Shown here in pieces: positions 1-8,925 of a stretch of 64,000 nt of DNA (position 1 is its first letter; every line of letters starts with the position of its first letter). A model generated the notes under the pieces. It was not told where the DNA came from, did not search any database, and saw only the letters and a program-made list of their open reading frames with translations. Source of the DNA: Candidatus Saccharimonadales bacterium (lineage in GTDB: Bacteria; Patescibacteriota; Saccharimonadia; Saccharimonadales; 2-12-FULL-41-12); NCBI GenBank assembly GCA_025451045.1, contig JANWLD010000001.1:407468-471467 (forward strand). Reading direction: 5' to 3'. The position numbers and the translations under genes are program-made.

Positions 1-1854
1 GCGGAAAAAGCTCAAAGCTCAAAGCTCAAAACTCAAAGCGATGAATTGCCGCTGGAGGTTGTGAATGAGATTCCAGAGCTGGTGCCGCGGTTTTGCATGG
101 CTACGGTTTCAGACGTGAAAGTCGCTACGAGTCCGGTATGGTTGCAGGCCGCACTTTCCAAGGCCGGGATCAAAGCTGTTAATAATATCGTCGATCTTAC
201 CAATTTCTATATGTACTACACCGGCCAGCCGCTACATGCTTATGACTACGACAAAGTGGCCAAGCTAAGCGGCAAAAACGCCCAAATCAAAGTCAGAAAA
301 GCCAAGCAAGGCGAAAAACTTAAACTGCTAAACGGCAAGGAAATAACCGCTGAAAATGGCGATATTATGATTGCCACCGACAAAGTACCGGTTGGCATCG
401 GCGGAGTAATCGGCGGCGCGGATACGGAAGTTGACGCTTCAACCAAAAACATCATATTGGAATGCGCCAATTTTGACAGCTACACGATCCGGCGGACCAG
501 TATGCATCATGGTATTTTTACCGAAGCCGTAACACGCTTTACCAAAGGCCAGAGCCCGCACCAAAACCTTGCGGTCTTGACCAAAGTCGTCGGCGATACG
601 GTAACATTTACCGGTGGCAAGATATCCGGCACTACCTTTGACTTAAAAGGCAGGCTCACTGGCAATAAAACGATAGAAACTTCACCGGAGTTCATAAATT
701 CGCGATTGGGGTTGAAACTGACTTCCGAGCAAATAAGTTCAATCCTGAAAAACGTTGAATTTATAGTAGACAGCTCAAAAGACGAGTTGGAAATAACTGC
801 ACCGTTTTGGCGGACTGATATTGAAATCCCGGAAGACATCGTCGAGGAAGTCGGCCGCCTTTACGGCTACGACCATCTGCCGCTAAATCTGCCTAAGAAA
901 ACCATGACAGCCTCAGTGGTAAGCGACGAGCTGCGTCTTAAACAAGAACTCCGCGGGAAACTGGCTGCGCTGGGGGCAAATGAAGTATTGAATTACAGTT
1001 TTGTGCGCAGCGAACTGCTTGAAAATGCCGGTCAGGACAAAAACGATTCATATAAGATTAAAAATGCTTTGAGCCCGGACCTGCAATATTACCGCCAAGC
1101 CCTGACTCCAAGCTTACTTGAAAAAGTTCATCCGAATATAAAAGCCGGCTTTTCTAACTTTGCATTATTTGAACTGGGTAAAGTCCATATCAACAACAAG
1201 ACGACGGGCGGATTGCCGGATGAATTCGGGCGGCTAAGTCTGGTAACGGCTTCCAAAAGCAAGCGCGTAGCGGCATTTTATACGGCTAAAAAATATTTGG
1301 TCGAATTGCTAGCTGGCTTGGATGTTGATGAAAGCGAACTTTCCTTTGAGCCGCTAGGTACGAAGAAAGACGCGTCAACAACGTACTATGAACCGGGCAG
1401 AGCGGCGAATATCAAACTCAATAATGAGCCTATCGGCTACATCGGCGAATATACTAAAAAAGCGGCGTCAGGCCTTAAACTGCCGGAATTTTGTGCCGGT
1501 TTTGAAATAGAGCTTGCTACTCTACTCAATCTTAACGCTGTAGCCTCTTCCTATAAACCGCTTTCCAGATATCCAAGTATTTCGCTGGATATCACTCTCC
1601 AAACCGATTCTAGTACCAGCTTTGCCGAGGTAAAAAACGCGTTGGTCGAAAGTATAGAAAGCAGTGCTCCGGAGGATTTAAGCGTGAAAATAGAATCTCT
1701 GGATGTATTCTCCAAAGATAGCAATCACAAGAATACTTCCTTTAGAATCGTAGCGACCAGCTATCAGCGGACACTGACCACGGACACATTGAATATCATT
1801 TTAGACAAGGCATCAGATCATCTGAACAAGACGATTAAAGCCAGCCGCGTATGA
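1..1854 (+). CDS. pheT: phenylalanine--tRNA ligase beta subunit, 5' end cut by window edge
   Basis: Frame 1 is open from nt 1 into the 46..1854 ORF. The translation resembles the B3/4-B5 core and C-terminal domain of bacterial PheT. TGA stop at 1852-1854. Confidence 0.9.
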   Translation, partial: AEKAQSSKLKTQSDELPLEVVNEIPELVPRFCMATVSDVKVATSPVWLQAALSKAGIKAVNNIVDLTNFYMYYTGQPLHAYDYDKVAKLSGKNAQIKVRKAKQGEKLKLLNGKEITAENGDIMIATDKVPVGIGGVIGGADTEVDASTKNIILECANFDSYTIRRTSMHHGIFTEAVTRFTKGQSPHQNLAVLTKVVGDTVTFTGGKISGTTFDLKGRLTGNKTIETSPEFINSRLGLKLTSEQISSILKNVEFIVDSSKDELEITAPFWRTDIEIPEDIVEEVGRLYGYDHLPLNLPKKTMTASVVSDELRLKQELRGKLAALGANEVLNYSFVRSELLENAGQDKNDSYKIKNALSPDLQYYRQALTPSLLEKVHPNIKAGFSNFALFELGKVHINNKTTGGLPDEFGRLSLVTASKSKRVAAFYTAKKYLVELLAGLDVDESELSFEPLGTKKDASTTYYEPGRAANIKLNNEPIGYIGEYTKKAASGLKLPEFCAGFEIELATLLNLNAVASSYKPLSRYPSISLDITLQTDSSTSFAEVKNALVESIESSAPEDLSVKIESLDVFSKDSNHKNTSFRIVATSYQRTLTTDTLNIILDKASDHLNKTIKASRV

Positions 1855-1919
1855 AATTGCCAATATCTTACGCCATAGCCTTGGGCGGCTGGCGAGCCGT
1901 GATATCATAGTTTTAGAAA

Positions 1920-2423
1920 ATGGGAGCAAAAAGCAAAGGTACCAGAATCTTTATCCTGACCATGGTCGGGGCTTTCGTGCTGTCATCGCTGGGTTTTTCA
2001 GCGCTGGTAATCTGGGACTTGGCGAAAAATAATGACGACCAGAACTCTTCCCAGACTGCCGATGTTCAGAAACAGCTGGAGGAACAATTGAACCAGCAAC
2101 AACAGAAACTAGAAACGACCGATATCAAAGTCGGCAAAGGCGCGGCGGCCAAAAGCGGCGATGAAGTAACGGTAGATTATGTTGGCAAACTTACCAACGG
2201 CAAGAAGTTCGATAGTTCATATGACCGCAATAAGCCGTTTTCTTTCATAATCGGCGAAGGGAAGGTCATAAAAGGTTGGGACCAGGGCATTGTCGGTATG
2301 AAGGTTGGCGGCGAGCGCAAACTGGTTATTCCGCCCTCTCTCGGCTATGGGGCCCAAGGTTCACCGCAAATACCAGCTAATTCCACCCTTGTTTTTGAAG
2401 TTAAGCTCCTAAAAATCCAATAA
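1920..2423 (+). CDS. membrane-anchored FKBP-type peptidyl-prolyl cis-trans isomerase
   Basis: N-terminal TM helix and Q-rich linker, followed by an FKBP domain (DSSYDRNKPFSFIIGEGKVIKGWDQGIVGMKVGGERKLVIPPSLGYG...LVFEVKLL). Confidence 0.9.
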   Translation: MGAKSKGTRIFILTMVGAFVLSSLGFSALVIWDLAKNNDDQNSSQTADVQKQLEEQLNQQQQKLETTDIKVGKGAAAKSGDEVTVDYVGKLTNGKKFDSSYDRNKPFSFIIGEGKVIKGWDQGIVGMKVGGERKLVIPPSLGYGAQGSPQIPANSTLVFEVKLLKIQ

Positions 2424-2692
2424 TAATTATTTGGGTCCTGTCACTTTTGGTATCCCATGAACTTCCACGATATTCGTTCATGGGAACCCTCCAAAAGAGC
2501 CGCCCAAACGGCCACAAGCATCCATTGAATGCAATATAAATAGGCTGGCTGGTGCGGAAATCGTGGGTAAAAACACAACATATAGTGTCTTGAAATATAT
2601 ATACCCGCTATATATACTAGTATTACCTCACTAATAAGTAGTTGAAAACTACTAAAAATCAACAATTAAACTAATAAAAAAGGAAAGAAACG

Positions 2693-2941
2693 ATGCCAAA
2701 GAATATCACCATCTTTACTACCAACACCTGTGCTTACTGCGTCATGGTCAAGAAATGGCTAGGCGCTAAGGGCTATAACTTTGAGGAGGTCAATATCGAC
2801 CAACAGCCAGAGCGCCAAAAAGACGCTTATGAACTTAGCGGCCAACTAGCTGTCCCGGTAACTGTTGTTACTAAAGAAGATGATACCCGCGAAGTTATTG
2901 TGGGGTATAACTTGGCTCGTCTCGCCCCCGCCGTCTCCTGA
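2693..2941 (+). CDS. glutaredoxin-like protein (NrdH/YruB type)
   Basis: 82 aa with a CAYC redox motif at residues 13-16 in a thioredoxin-fold context. SD AAAGGAAAG lies upstream. Confidence 0.8.
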   Translation: MPKNITIFTTNTCAYCVMVKKWLGAKGYNFEEVNIDQQPERQKDAYELSGQLAVPVTVVTKEDDTREVIVGYNLARLAPAVS

Positions 2942-2968
2942 GCACCACACCGTTTCGCCTGCTCAAGT

Positions 2969-2996
2969 GCGGAGCACCTGACTCCGCGAAACTTTT
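2969..2996 (+). terminator. putative intrinsic terminator after the glutaredoxin gene
   Basis: GCGGAG-7 nt loop-CTCCGC stem, followed by GAAACTTTT. Confidence 0.4.
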
Positions 2997-3151
2997 GGCA
3001 CAGTACGTTGTCAATTGCGTTACGATGCTCAATCAACGTATTACATATACGTTTCTTTCCGCTTCGCCGCACTTCCTAGTACTGTTCTCAAATGTGGCAC
3101 GCAGGAGAACTCTCTTAAAAAAGAAGAAATAATGTAAAATGGTAATTAACT

Positions 3152-4099
3152 GTGAATGAAAATGAAGTGCATGATGTGGTAACGATTGGCGCTGGTCCGA
3201 CGGCGTTGACCGCGGCTATTTATACTACCCGCGAAGATATCGAAACTTTGCTTTTAGACAAAGGTGCTATCGGCGGTTTGGCGGCTATAACCGATTGGGT
3301 GGACAATTATCCGGGCTTTCCGGAAGGCATTGCCGGCCTAGAGTTAGCCGATAGATTGCAAAAGCAAGCCGAACGATTCGGCGCGAAGATTGATTTTGCC
3401 GAAGTGAGTTCACTGGCCAAAAAAGGCAATGTAATAGAACTTGATACAACTGATGGCAAGATTGTCGCCAAAGCTGTGCTGATAGCTACCGGCAGTGACT
3501 ATAAACGCTTAGGGATCCCCGGCGAGGATGAATATTATGCCCGCGGCGTGCACTTCTGTGCTACCTGCGACGGGGCTTTTTATCGCGACAGAAAACTCGT
3601 AGTAGTAGGCGGAGGTAATTCGGCCGCCCAAGAAGCCGTTTTCCTTACCCGCTATGCCACGCATATAGACATGCTGGTCCGCGGCCCGAAGATGCGGGCA
3701 TCTGACGTACTGCAGAAAGAAGTTACCAAACATTCGGATAAGATTACAGTGCATTACAACACTTCGACAGATAAGATATTAGGCAAAGATTCCAAAGTCG
3801 TCGCTGTCGAAGGCACGGAAAATGCCAAAAAGAAAGTCACTTTTGAAACAGACGGGGTATTTATTTTTATCGGGCTGAAGCCGAACACCACGTTTTTAGC
3901 TGGCAGCGGCGTGGAGCTGGATGAGATAGGGCTAGTTAAAACGGACGAAGAGTTGCATACGAATGTAGCCGGAATCTTCTGTGCCGGTGATGTCAGATCC
4001 GGCGCGACTATGCAAATCGCCAGTGCCGCCGGCGAAGGCGCTACTGCGGCATTAAACATCCGCAAGTACCTCGAGGAATTGGAAAGAAACAACCCGTAG
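3152..4099 (+). CDS. trxB: thioredoxin-disulfide reductase
   Basis: GAGPTA FAD motif, CATC redox-active disulfide and GGGNSA NADPH motif. GTG start; an alternative in-frame GTG is at 3167. Confidence 0.9.
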   Translation: MNENEVHDVVTIGAGPTALTAAIYTTREDIETLLLDKGAIGGLAAITDWVDNYPGFPEGIAGLELADRLQKQAERFGAKIDFAEVSSLAKKGNVIELDTTDGKIVAKAVLIATGSDYKRLGIPGEDEYYARGVHFCATCDGAFYRDRKLVVVGGGNSAAQEAVFLTRYATHIDMLVRGPKMRASDVLQKEVTKHSDKITVHYNTSTDKILGKDSKVVAVEGTENAKKKVTFETDGVFIFIGLKPNTTFLAGSGVELDEIGLVKTDEELHTNVAGIFCAGDVRSGATMQIASAAGEGATAALNIRKYLEELERNNP

Positions 4100-4130
4100 T
4101 CCTATAATTAAAGGGCTAAGGAGGAAAGTT

Positions 4131-4598
4131 ATGAATAAAGTTGTTATTGCTATCGTCGCGGTTATAGTTGTCGCCGGAGGAGCATTTGTGCTTACAAAGA
4201 AGGACGATAAATCAACCCAGAGCCCTAATTCTTCCCAGCCGACAACAACCAATAGTGGCACTAACCCGCTTGACCCCAATAACTACACCGCGGGAGCAGA
4301 TATTGGCAACACGCTTGATGCGACGGATAAATCCAGCGTTAATGTAGTTATTGATGACTTTATCTTTCAAACTACCTATCTGAAGATAAAAAAAGGTACA
4401 AAAGTCACCTGGACCAACCAAGGACAAATCGGCCACACTGTTACATCGGATGACGGCAGTCCGCAAAAAGGCCTGGATAGCCAGCTGCTGAATAATGGCG
4501 ATAGCTATAGCTTTACATTCACCCAAGCCGGCACTTATGAATACTTCTGCACGCCGCACCCAACACAGATGAAAGCGGTCGTTACCGTAGTCGACTAA
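4131..4598 (+). CDS. membrane-anchored cupredoxin (plastocyanin/amicyanin-like blue copper protein)
   Basis: N-terminal TM helix and S/T/P-rich linker. Type-1 copper ligand pattern GHTVTS ... YEYFCTPHPTQM (H, C, H, M). Strong SD AAGGAGG. Confidence 0.8.
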   Translation: MNKVVIAIVAVIVVAGGAFVLTKKDDKSTQSPNSSQPTTTNSGTNPLDPNNYTAGADIGNTLDATDKSSVNVVIDDFIFQTTYLKIKKGTKVTWTNQGQIGHTVTSDDGSPQKGLDSQLLNNGDSYSFTFTQAGTYEYFCTPHPTQMKAVVTVVD

Positions 4599-5266
4599 AA
4601 CTTATCGTAATTTGGAAAGAAGTCGGTCCGGATTTTTGAACCGTCAATACCTCTTGTTTTTAAATCCTTTTCTATTGCCTCAGCCATCGGTTCCGGACCG
4701 GAAATATAAACCACTCGGTCTTTGATAGTTGTTTCGTAGCCTATGATGTCATCAGCGGTTAAACGGCCGATATGCTTTATAAATTTGGTCGCGCCTTTTT
4801 GCAAAATGTCTTCAAAAGCCAGTTCGCTTGCGTCAGCCAGGGCGTAAATCAAAGTTATATCTCGTTTTTCCCCGGTATCAATCAAAAATTTCAGAATACT
4901 GCGATACGGCGTGATGCCTATGCCGCCAGCTATAAATAGTAGAGGTATGGTCTTGTCCTTGGGTAAAACAAAATCCCCCATCGGCAGATGTCCCGATATT
5001 TTATCACCTATCTGGAGGTTTTTCAGGGCTGTCTTGAAAGTACTGCTGCGGTTTGTATTAAACTTAGTGGTTATAGCTAGAAATTCTTCGGTAGGCGAAT
5101 TGGACAAGGTGAACCAGCGTTTTTCTTTGCGATTGTCGGGATTATCATGCGGAATATAAAGTTCCGTGTACTGTCCGGCAATATTACGTACCTCAGACTC
5201 CGGTTGCCACCAAAACATGATGATATTTTTTGCTATTGGTTGTTTTTTGATAAGTTTAAATTTCAT
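4595..5266 (-). CDS. FNR-like FAD/NAD(P)-binding oxidoreductase
   Basis: RWFTLSNSP (RxYS-type FAD motif) and GGIGITP (NAD(P) motif), in a 223-aa two-domain layout. Confidence 0.7.
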   Translation of the reverse strand: MKFKLIKKQPIAKNIIMFWWQPESEVRNIAGQYTELYIPHDNPDNRKEKRWFTLSNSPTEEFLAITTKFNTNRSSTFKTALKNLQIGDKISGHLPMGDFVLPKDKTIPLLFIAGGIGITPYRSILKFLIDTGEKRDITLIYALADASELAFEDILQKGATKFIKHIGRLTADDIIGYETTIKDRVVYISGPEPMAEAIEKDLKTRGIDGSKIRTDFFPNYDKF

Positions 5267-5967
5267 TTTGATTTCTTTTTCTTTTTAAACCTTTGTTTTT
5301 TGACCTTCGGCGCGAAACGGTCGGGAAAATCGGTTGTTATCAGTACTTCCGGATAAAAAAAGTGTAGAAACCAGGCTGAAATAGGCCGGTTTACCGTGTA
5401 CATGGTCATTTTTAGTCCGGCTCGTTTGGCTAGAAAATACAACAGCGGATTATAGATAGGATAATGCAAGCATAGGCCGGAAAAACCTAGGGCTTTGGCT
5501 GTCTGCAGGGCGTCAAACGGTTTGGTAAGCTCGCTCAAAAAACAATCCGCCTCGGACCTCTTTTGAGAAAAAGCAAATAGCTGGCGGCTGTCAATCGAAG
5601 CCACTATCGGTTTCGGTCCGTTGAAACCTTCCAATGTCTTGGCCAGCGGGTCTTGCCAGCCGTCGCCTTTACAATCTATCAGAAGCGGTATTTTGTCGGC
5701 AGTTTTTAGGGCTTCTTCAAGCGTTGCTATCTTGTGCTGAGAGCTGCCGCTTTTTCTGATTTCGGCCAGGGTAGCGTCTTTGACTTTTACTTCTTTGCCG
5801 GATTTGGTATGAAATGTATCGTCATGAACCAACACCAGCCGGTTATCTTTTGTCCTCTGGGCATCGACTTCTATGTATTCCACCTGATAACGCAGGGCTA
5901 TTTTTATTCCAAGCAAGGTATTTTCCGGTGCCAGTCCGGCAGCGCCCCTGTGACTAATTATTTTCAT
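5263..5967 (-). CDS. glycerophosphodiester phosphodiesterase family protein
   Basis: HRGAAGLAPENT and EVDAQRTKDNRLVLVHDDT signatures of the GDPD family. Lys-rich C-terminal tail. Confidence 0.85.
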   Translation of the reverse strand: MKIISHRGAAGLAPENTLLGIKIALRYQVEYIEVDAQRTKDNRLVLVHDDTFHTKSGKEVKVKDATLAEIRKSGSSQHKIATLEEALKTADKIPLLIDCKGDGWQDPLAKTLEGFNGPKPIVASIDSRQLFAFSQKRSEADCFLSELTKPFDALQTAKALGFSGLCLHYPIYNPLLYFLAKRAGLKMTMYTVNRPISAWFLHFFYPEVLITTDFPDRFAPKVKKQRFKKKKKSK

Positions 5968-5991
5968 CTATGCTACATTATAAGGTATGCA

Positions 5992-6060
5992 AGGTTCTAG
6001 GTGATGGGTCTTAGGTTATAGAAAAATTCACTAGAACCTAGCCACTAAAACCTATAACCT
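5992..6060. promoter_or_regulatory. array of four 9-bp AGGTTMTAG motifs in a divergent promoter region
   Basis: AGGTTCTAG at 5992-6000 and AGGTTATAG at 6013-6021. Their reverse complements are CTAGAACCT at 6031-6039 and CTATAACCT at 6052-6060. Start-to-start spacings are 21, 18 and 21 nt. Confidence 0.4.
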
Positions 6061-6083
6061 GATTCGACAAAGGAGAATCTAAA

Positions 6084-6611
6084 ATGGCAGATTTTAATAA
6101 AGTTTTGACACCCGGCGACATTGATAATGGATTGGTAAACACAGTTGTTGAGATTCCGGAAGGCTCCATCAATAAAATTGAATGGGACAGAGAACGGGCA
6201 GTATTTATGTTGGACCGAGTTGAGCCGGCTATTTTTGCCAAGCCTTGCAGCTATGGCTTTATTCCTCAGACATTGGATGAAGATGGCGACGAGCTGGATA
6301 CGCTTATAGTTTGTGACGAGCCGTTGTCTACGGGAGTTTGGCTGGAGGCTAAAGTCTTGGGCGTTCTCAAGTTTGAAGACGACGGTGAAATGGATGACAA
6401 GATCGTAGTCGTGCCGGCTGATGACAGGAACACAGGCGATAGTATTCAGACATTGGATGATTTAGGCAAAAGATGGAAAGAAAAAATCGAATTTCACTTC
6501 AACCACGTCAAAGATTTGAAAAAACCCGGTTCAACGAAAGTACTTGGGTGGGGTGACACGGAAGAAGCCAAAAAAATCATCGGTGAATGTATAGCCAGAT
6601 ATAACAAATAA
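6084..6611 (+). CDS. ppa: inorganic pyrophosphatase (family I)
   Basis: EIPEGSINKIEWD, DEDGDELD and KIVVVPADD motifs. SD AAAGGAG. Confidence 0.9.
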   Translation: MADFNKVLTPGDIDNGLVNTVVEIPEGSINKIEWDRERAVFMLDRVEPAIFAKPCSYGFIPQTLDEDGDELDTLIVCDEPLSTGVWLEAKVLGVLKFEDDGEMDDKIVVVPADDRNTGDSIQTLDDLGKRWKEKIEFHFNHVKDLKKPGSTKVLGWGDTEEAKKIIGECIARYNK

Positions 6612-6675
6612 ATTGACCTTGAAAGGCGTTAAGCACAAACGCTATACTGTAGAAAAATCTAAACGAAGGATAAAG

Positions 6676-7698
6676 ATGAAGACACGTGTTGCAATCAATG
6701 GTTTTGGCCGCATCGGCCGAAGTGCTTTTAAGATAGCATATGAACGGCCAGACTTGGAGATAGTAGCTATAAATGATCTTTCCGACAGTGCTACTTTGGC
6801 GCATCTTTTGAAGCACGACAGCAATTATGGCAAATACGACAAAGAAGTAAAGTCCGATGAAAACGGTTTGATTGTAAGCGGCAAACATATAAAACTTTTA
6901 AGCGAAAAAGACCCAGCCGCGCTACCTTGGAAAGAGCTGAAGATTGACGTAGTGATTGAATGCACCGGCTTCTTTACCAAAAAAGAGGGAGCGGAACTTC
7001 ATATCAAAGCCGGAGCAAAACGGGTAGTTATATCCGCGCCGACCAAAAGCCCTGATCTTGAAACAATCGTGCTGGGTGCGAATGAAGACAAGCTGGAGTC
7101 TGCAGGAGAGATAATCAGCAATGCCAGCTGTACGACCAATTCGATAGCGATGGTGATGTCGATATTGGACGAAGCGTTTGGCATCGAAAAGGCCATGCTT
7201 ACGACAGTTCACAGCTATACTGCTAGCCAGAAGCTTCAGGATGCCCCGGCCAAGGACTTGCGCGAAGCACGCAATGCGGCTGAGAATATCGTACCAACCA
7301 CCACCGGCGCGGCAATCGCGGTCGGCTTGACTTTACCGCAGTTGCAGGGCAAGTTCGACGGATTAAGCGTCCGGGTACCGACACCGGTAGTATCACTTAG
7401 CGACGTGACTGTGGTACTCAAAAAAGACGCAACCAAAGAGCAAATAAATGATGTTTTCAAAAAAGCCGCTAAAGAGCCGTTCTATCAAGGAATCCTGGGA
7501 GTCAGCGAAGAACCGTTGGTCAGCGGCGATTATATCGGCAATAGCCATTCTGGAATCGTCGACCTGCTTTTGACCAACGTAGTTGGCGGCAATTTGGCAA
7601 AAGTGGTCGTTTGGTACGACAACGAGTGGGGATATTCCAACCGTCTGGTAGAAGTTGTTGCGGACGTCGGACGATTACTGCATAATAGCTCGAAGTGA
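6676..7698 (+). CDS. gap: type I glyceraldehyde-3-phosphate dehydrogenase
   Basis: Start moved from 6613 to ATG 6676 (SD AAGGA at 6666-6670). The protein then begins MKTRVAINGFGRIGR. Catalytic SCTTNS is present. Confidence 0.9.
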   Translation: MKTRVAINGFGRIGRSAFKIAYERPDLEIVAINDLSDSATLAHLLKHDSNYGKYDKEVKSDENGLIVSGKHIKLLSEKDPAALPWKELKIDVVIECTGFFTKKEGAELHIKAGAKRVVISAPTKSPDLETIVLGANEDKLESAGEIISNASCTTNSIAMVMSILDEAFGIEKAMLTTVHSYTASQKLQDAPAKDLREARNAAENIVPTTTGAAIAVGLTLPQLQGKFDGLSVRVPTPVVSLSDVTVVLKKDATKEQINDVFKKAAKEPFYQGILGVSEEPLVSGDYIGNSHSGIVDLLLTNVVGGNLAKVVVWYDNEWGYSNRLVEVVADVGRLLHNSSK

Positions 7699-8183
7699 GA
7701 ATAGCGCTTAGTACTGACCATGCAGGGTTTGAGCAGCTTAAACTGCTCAAAGAATTTTTAATATCCAAAGGCCATGAATCTGTGGATTTTGGACCAAAAG
7801 AATTTGACGCTGAAGACGATTACCCGGACTTTATTTTTCCTGCTGCCGAGGCCGTAGCTTCTGGTGAATGTGAAGCCGGGATTATCATGGGAGGTAGCGG
7901 ACAGGGCGAAGCGATGGCCGCTAACCGTATAAAAGGCGTGCGATGTATGGTTTATTACGGTCCGGCCAAAGCTGTGGGAGCCGTTGATGCTGACGGTAAA
8001 GAATCCGCTGATGAATATGAGATACTGCGACTTTCCAAACAGCACAATAATGCCAATATGATAAGTTTTGCCGCCCGTTTTGTATCCCAGCTTGAAATAG
8101 AAAAAGCCGTAGAAATCTGGTTGAATGAACAGTTCAGCGAAGTCGAACGCCATCAGCGCAGAATAGGAAAACTGGACAAATGA
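7695..8183 (+). CDS. rpiB: ribose-5-phosphate isomerase B
   Basis: RpiB/LacAB family N-terminus MRIALSTDHAGFE...GIIMGGSGQGEAMAANR. The GTG start overlaps the gap stop. Confidence 0.85.
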   Translation: MRIALSTDHAGFEQLKLLKEFLISKGHESVDFGPKEFDAEDDYPDFIFPAAEAVASGECEAGIIMGGSGQGEAMAANRIKGVRCMVYYGPAKAVGAVDADGKESADEYEILRLSKQHNNANMISFAARFVSQLEIEKAVEIWLNEQFSEVERHQRRIGKLDK

Positions 8184-8185
8184 GC

Positions 8186-8247
8186 CCCGTAGTGAGCCTC
8201 CTAGTTGCTTCGCAAAATAACCTAAGTTCTAGGAGGTCTACTACGGG
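8186..8247 (+). repeat. GTAGTGAGC-type palindromic element, copy 1 (MITE-like)
   Basis: Termini are CCCGTAGTGAGC ... GTCTACTACGGG. The 19-position stem has 16 Watson-Crick pairs, 2 G.U pairs and 1 A-C mismatch. Identical ATGAGC flanks it at 8180-8185 and 8248-8253. Confidence 0.75.
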
Positions 8248-8880
8248 ATGAGCATTGTTTGCCCGACAGTCCTGGCTACAACCGAAGAAGAATACAAGGA
8301 GCAGATGGATCGAATAGCGCCATTTGCCGCGCGAGTTCAGATAGACCTTATGGACGGTGATTTCGCCCAGCCTAAGTCAATTGATGTTGATAAAGTCTGG
8401 TGGCCGGAAGACGTAACAGCCGATATCCATATAATGTATCGCCGACCAGGGGAATATCTTGATACGCTTATTAAACTCAAACCAAGCTTGGTTATAATCC
8501 ATGCCGAAGCCGATGTAGACCACAAGTCATTTGCCGAAAAACTACATGTCGAAGCGATTTCTGCCGGTATTTGCCTGCTAGCCGATACGCCAATAAGCCA
8601 AATCAAAGATATTATTGATGAATTTGACCATGTATTGATCTTTGGCGGTACTTTGGGTAGCTTTGGCGGTAATGCCGATTTGGCCCAGCTGGAAAAGGCC
8701 CGTCAGGCCATAGAGCTGAAACCGACTCTTGAAATCGGTTGGGATGGCGGTGTTAACGACCAAATTGCCAAACAGTTGTCGGACGGTGGAATCGACGTGC
8801 TCAACGCAGGCGGTTTTATCCAAAAAGCCGAAGACCCCAAAGCCGCCTACGAAAAGCTATTGCAACTCATTGAACAATAA
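8248..8880 (+). CDS. ribulose-phosphate 3-epimerase family protein (divergent)
   Basis: Pattern PTVL...QIDLMDGDF...DIHIMY...VIIHAEA parallels Rpe PSIL...HvDvMDGhF...DvHLM...H.E. The first metal-binding His is replaced by Gln. Confidence 0.6.
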   Translation: MSIVCPTVLATTEEEYKEQMDRIAPFAARVQIDLMDGDFAQPKSIDVDKVWWPEDVTADIHIMYRRPGEYLDTLIKLKPSLVIIHAEADVDHKSFAEKLHVEAISAGICLLADTPISQIKDIIDEFDHVLIFGGTLGSFGGNADLAQLEKARQAIELKPTLEIGWDGGVNDQIAKQLSDGGIDVLNAGGFIQKAEDPKAAYEKLLQLIEQ

Positions 8881-8925
8881 AATACAATTTAGCTAGATAA
8901 TTAAAGCATAAGCTAAAAGGTAAAA

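Noticed and set aside
9-36. Four tandem copies of a 7-nt unit (AGCTCAA x3, AACTCAA) at the window start, as a possible slippage or phase-variation tract
   Set aside because: There are only four copies. They lie inside the open pheT frame of an essential gene and at the window edge, so the context cannot be judged.
2441-2665. 74-aa minus-strand ORF in the FKBP/glutaredoxin intergenic region, and the long hairpin at 2444-2497
   Set aside because: The ORF has no SD or promoter context and an implausible sequence. The hairpin (CTTTTGG..TCCCATGAAC / GTTCATGGGA..CCAAAAG) lacks a U-tract and any recognisable ncRNA motif, so no call was made.
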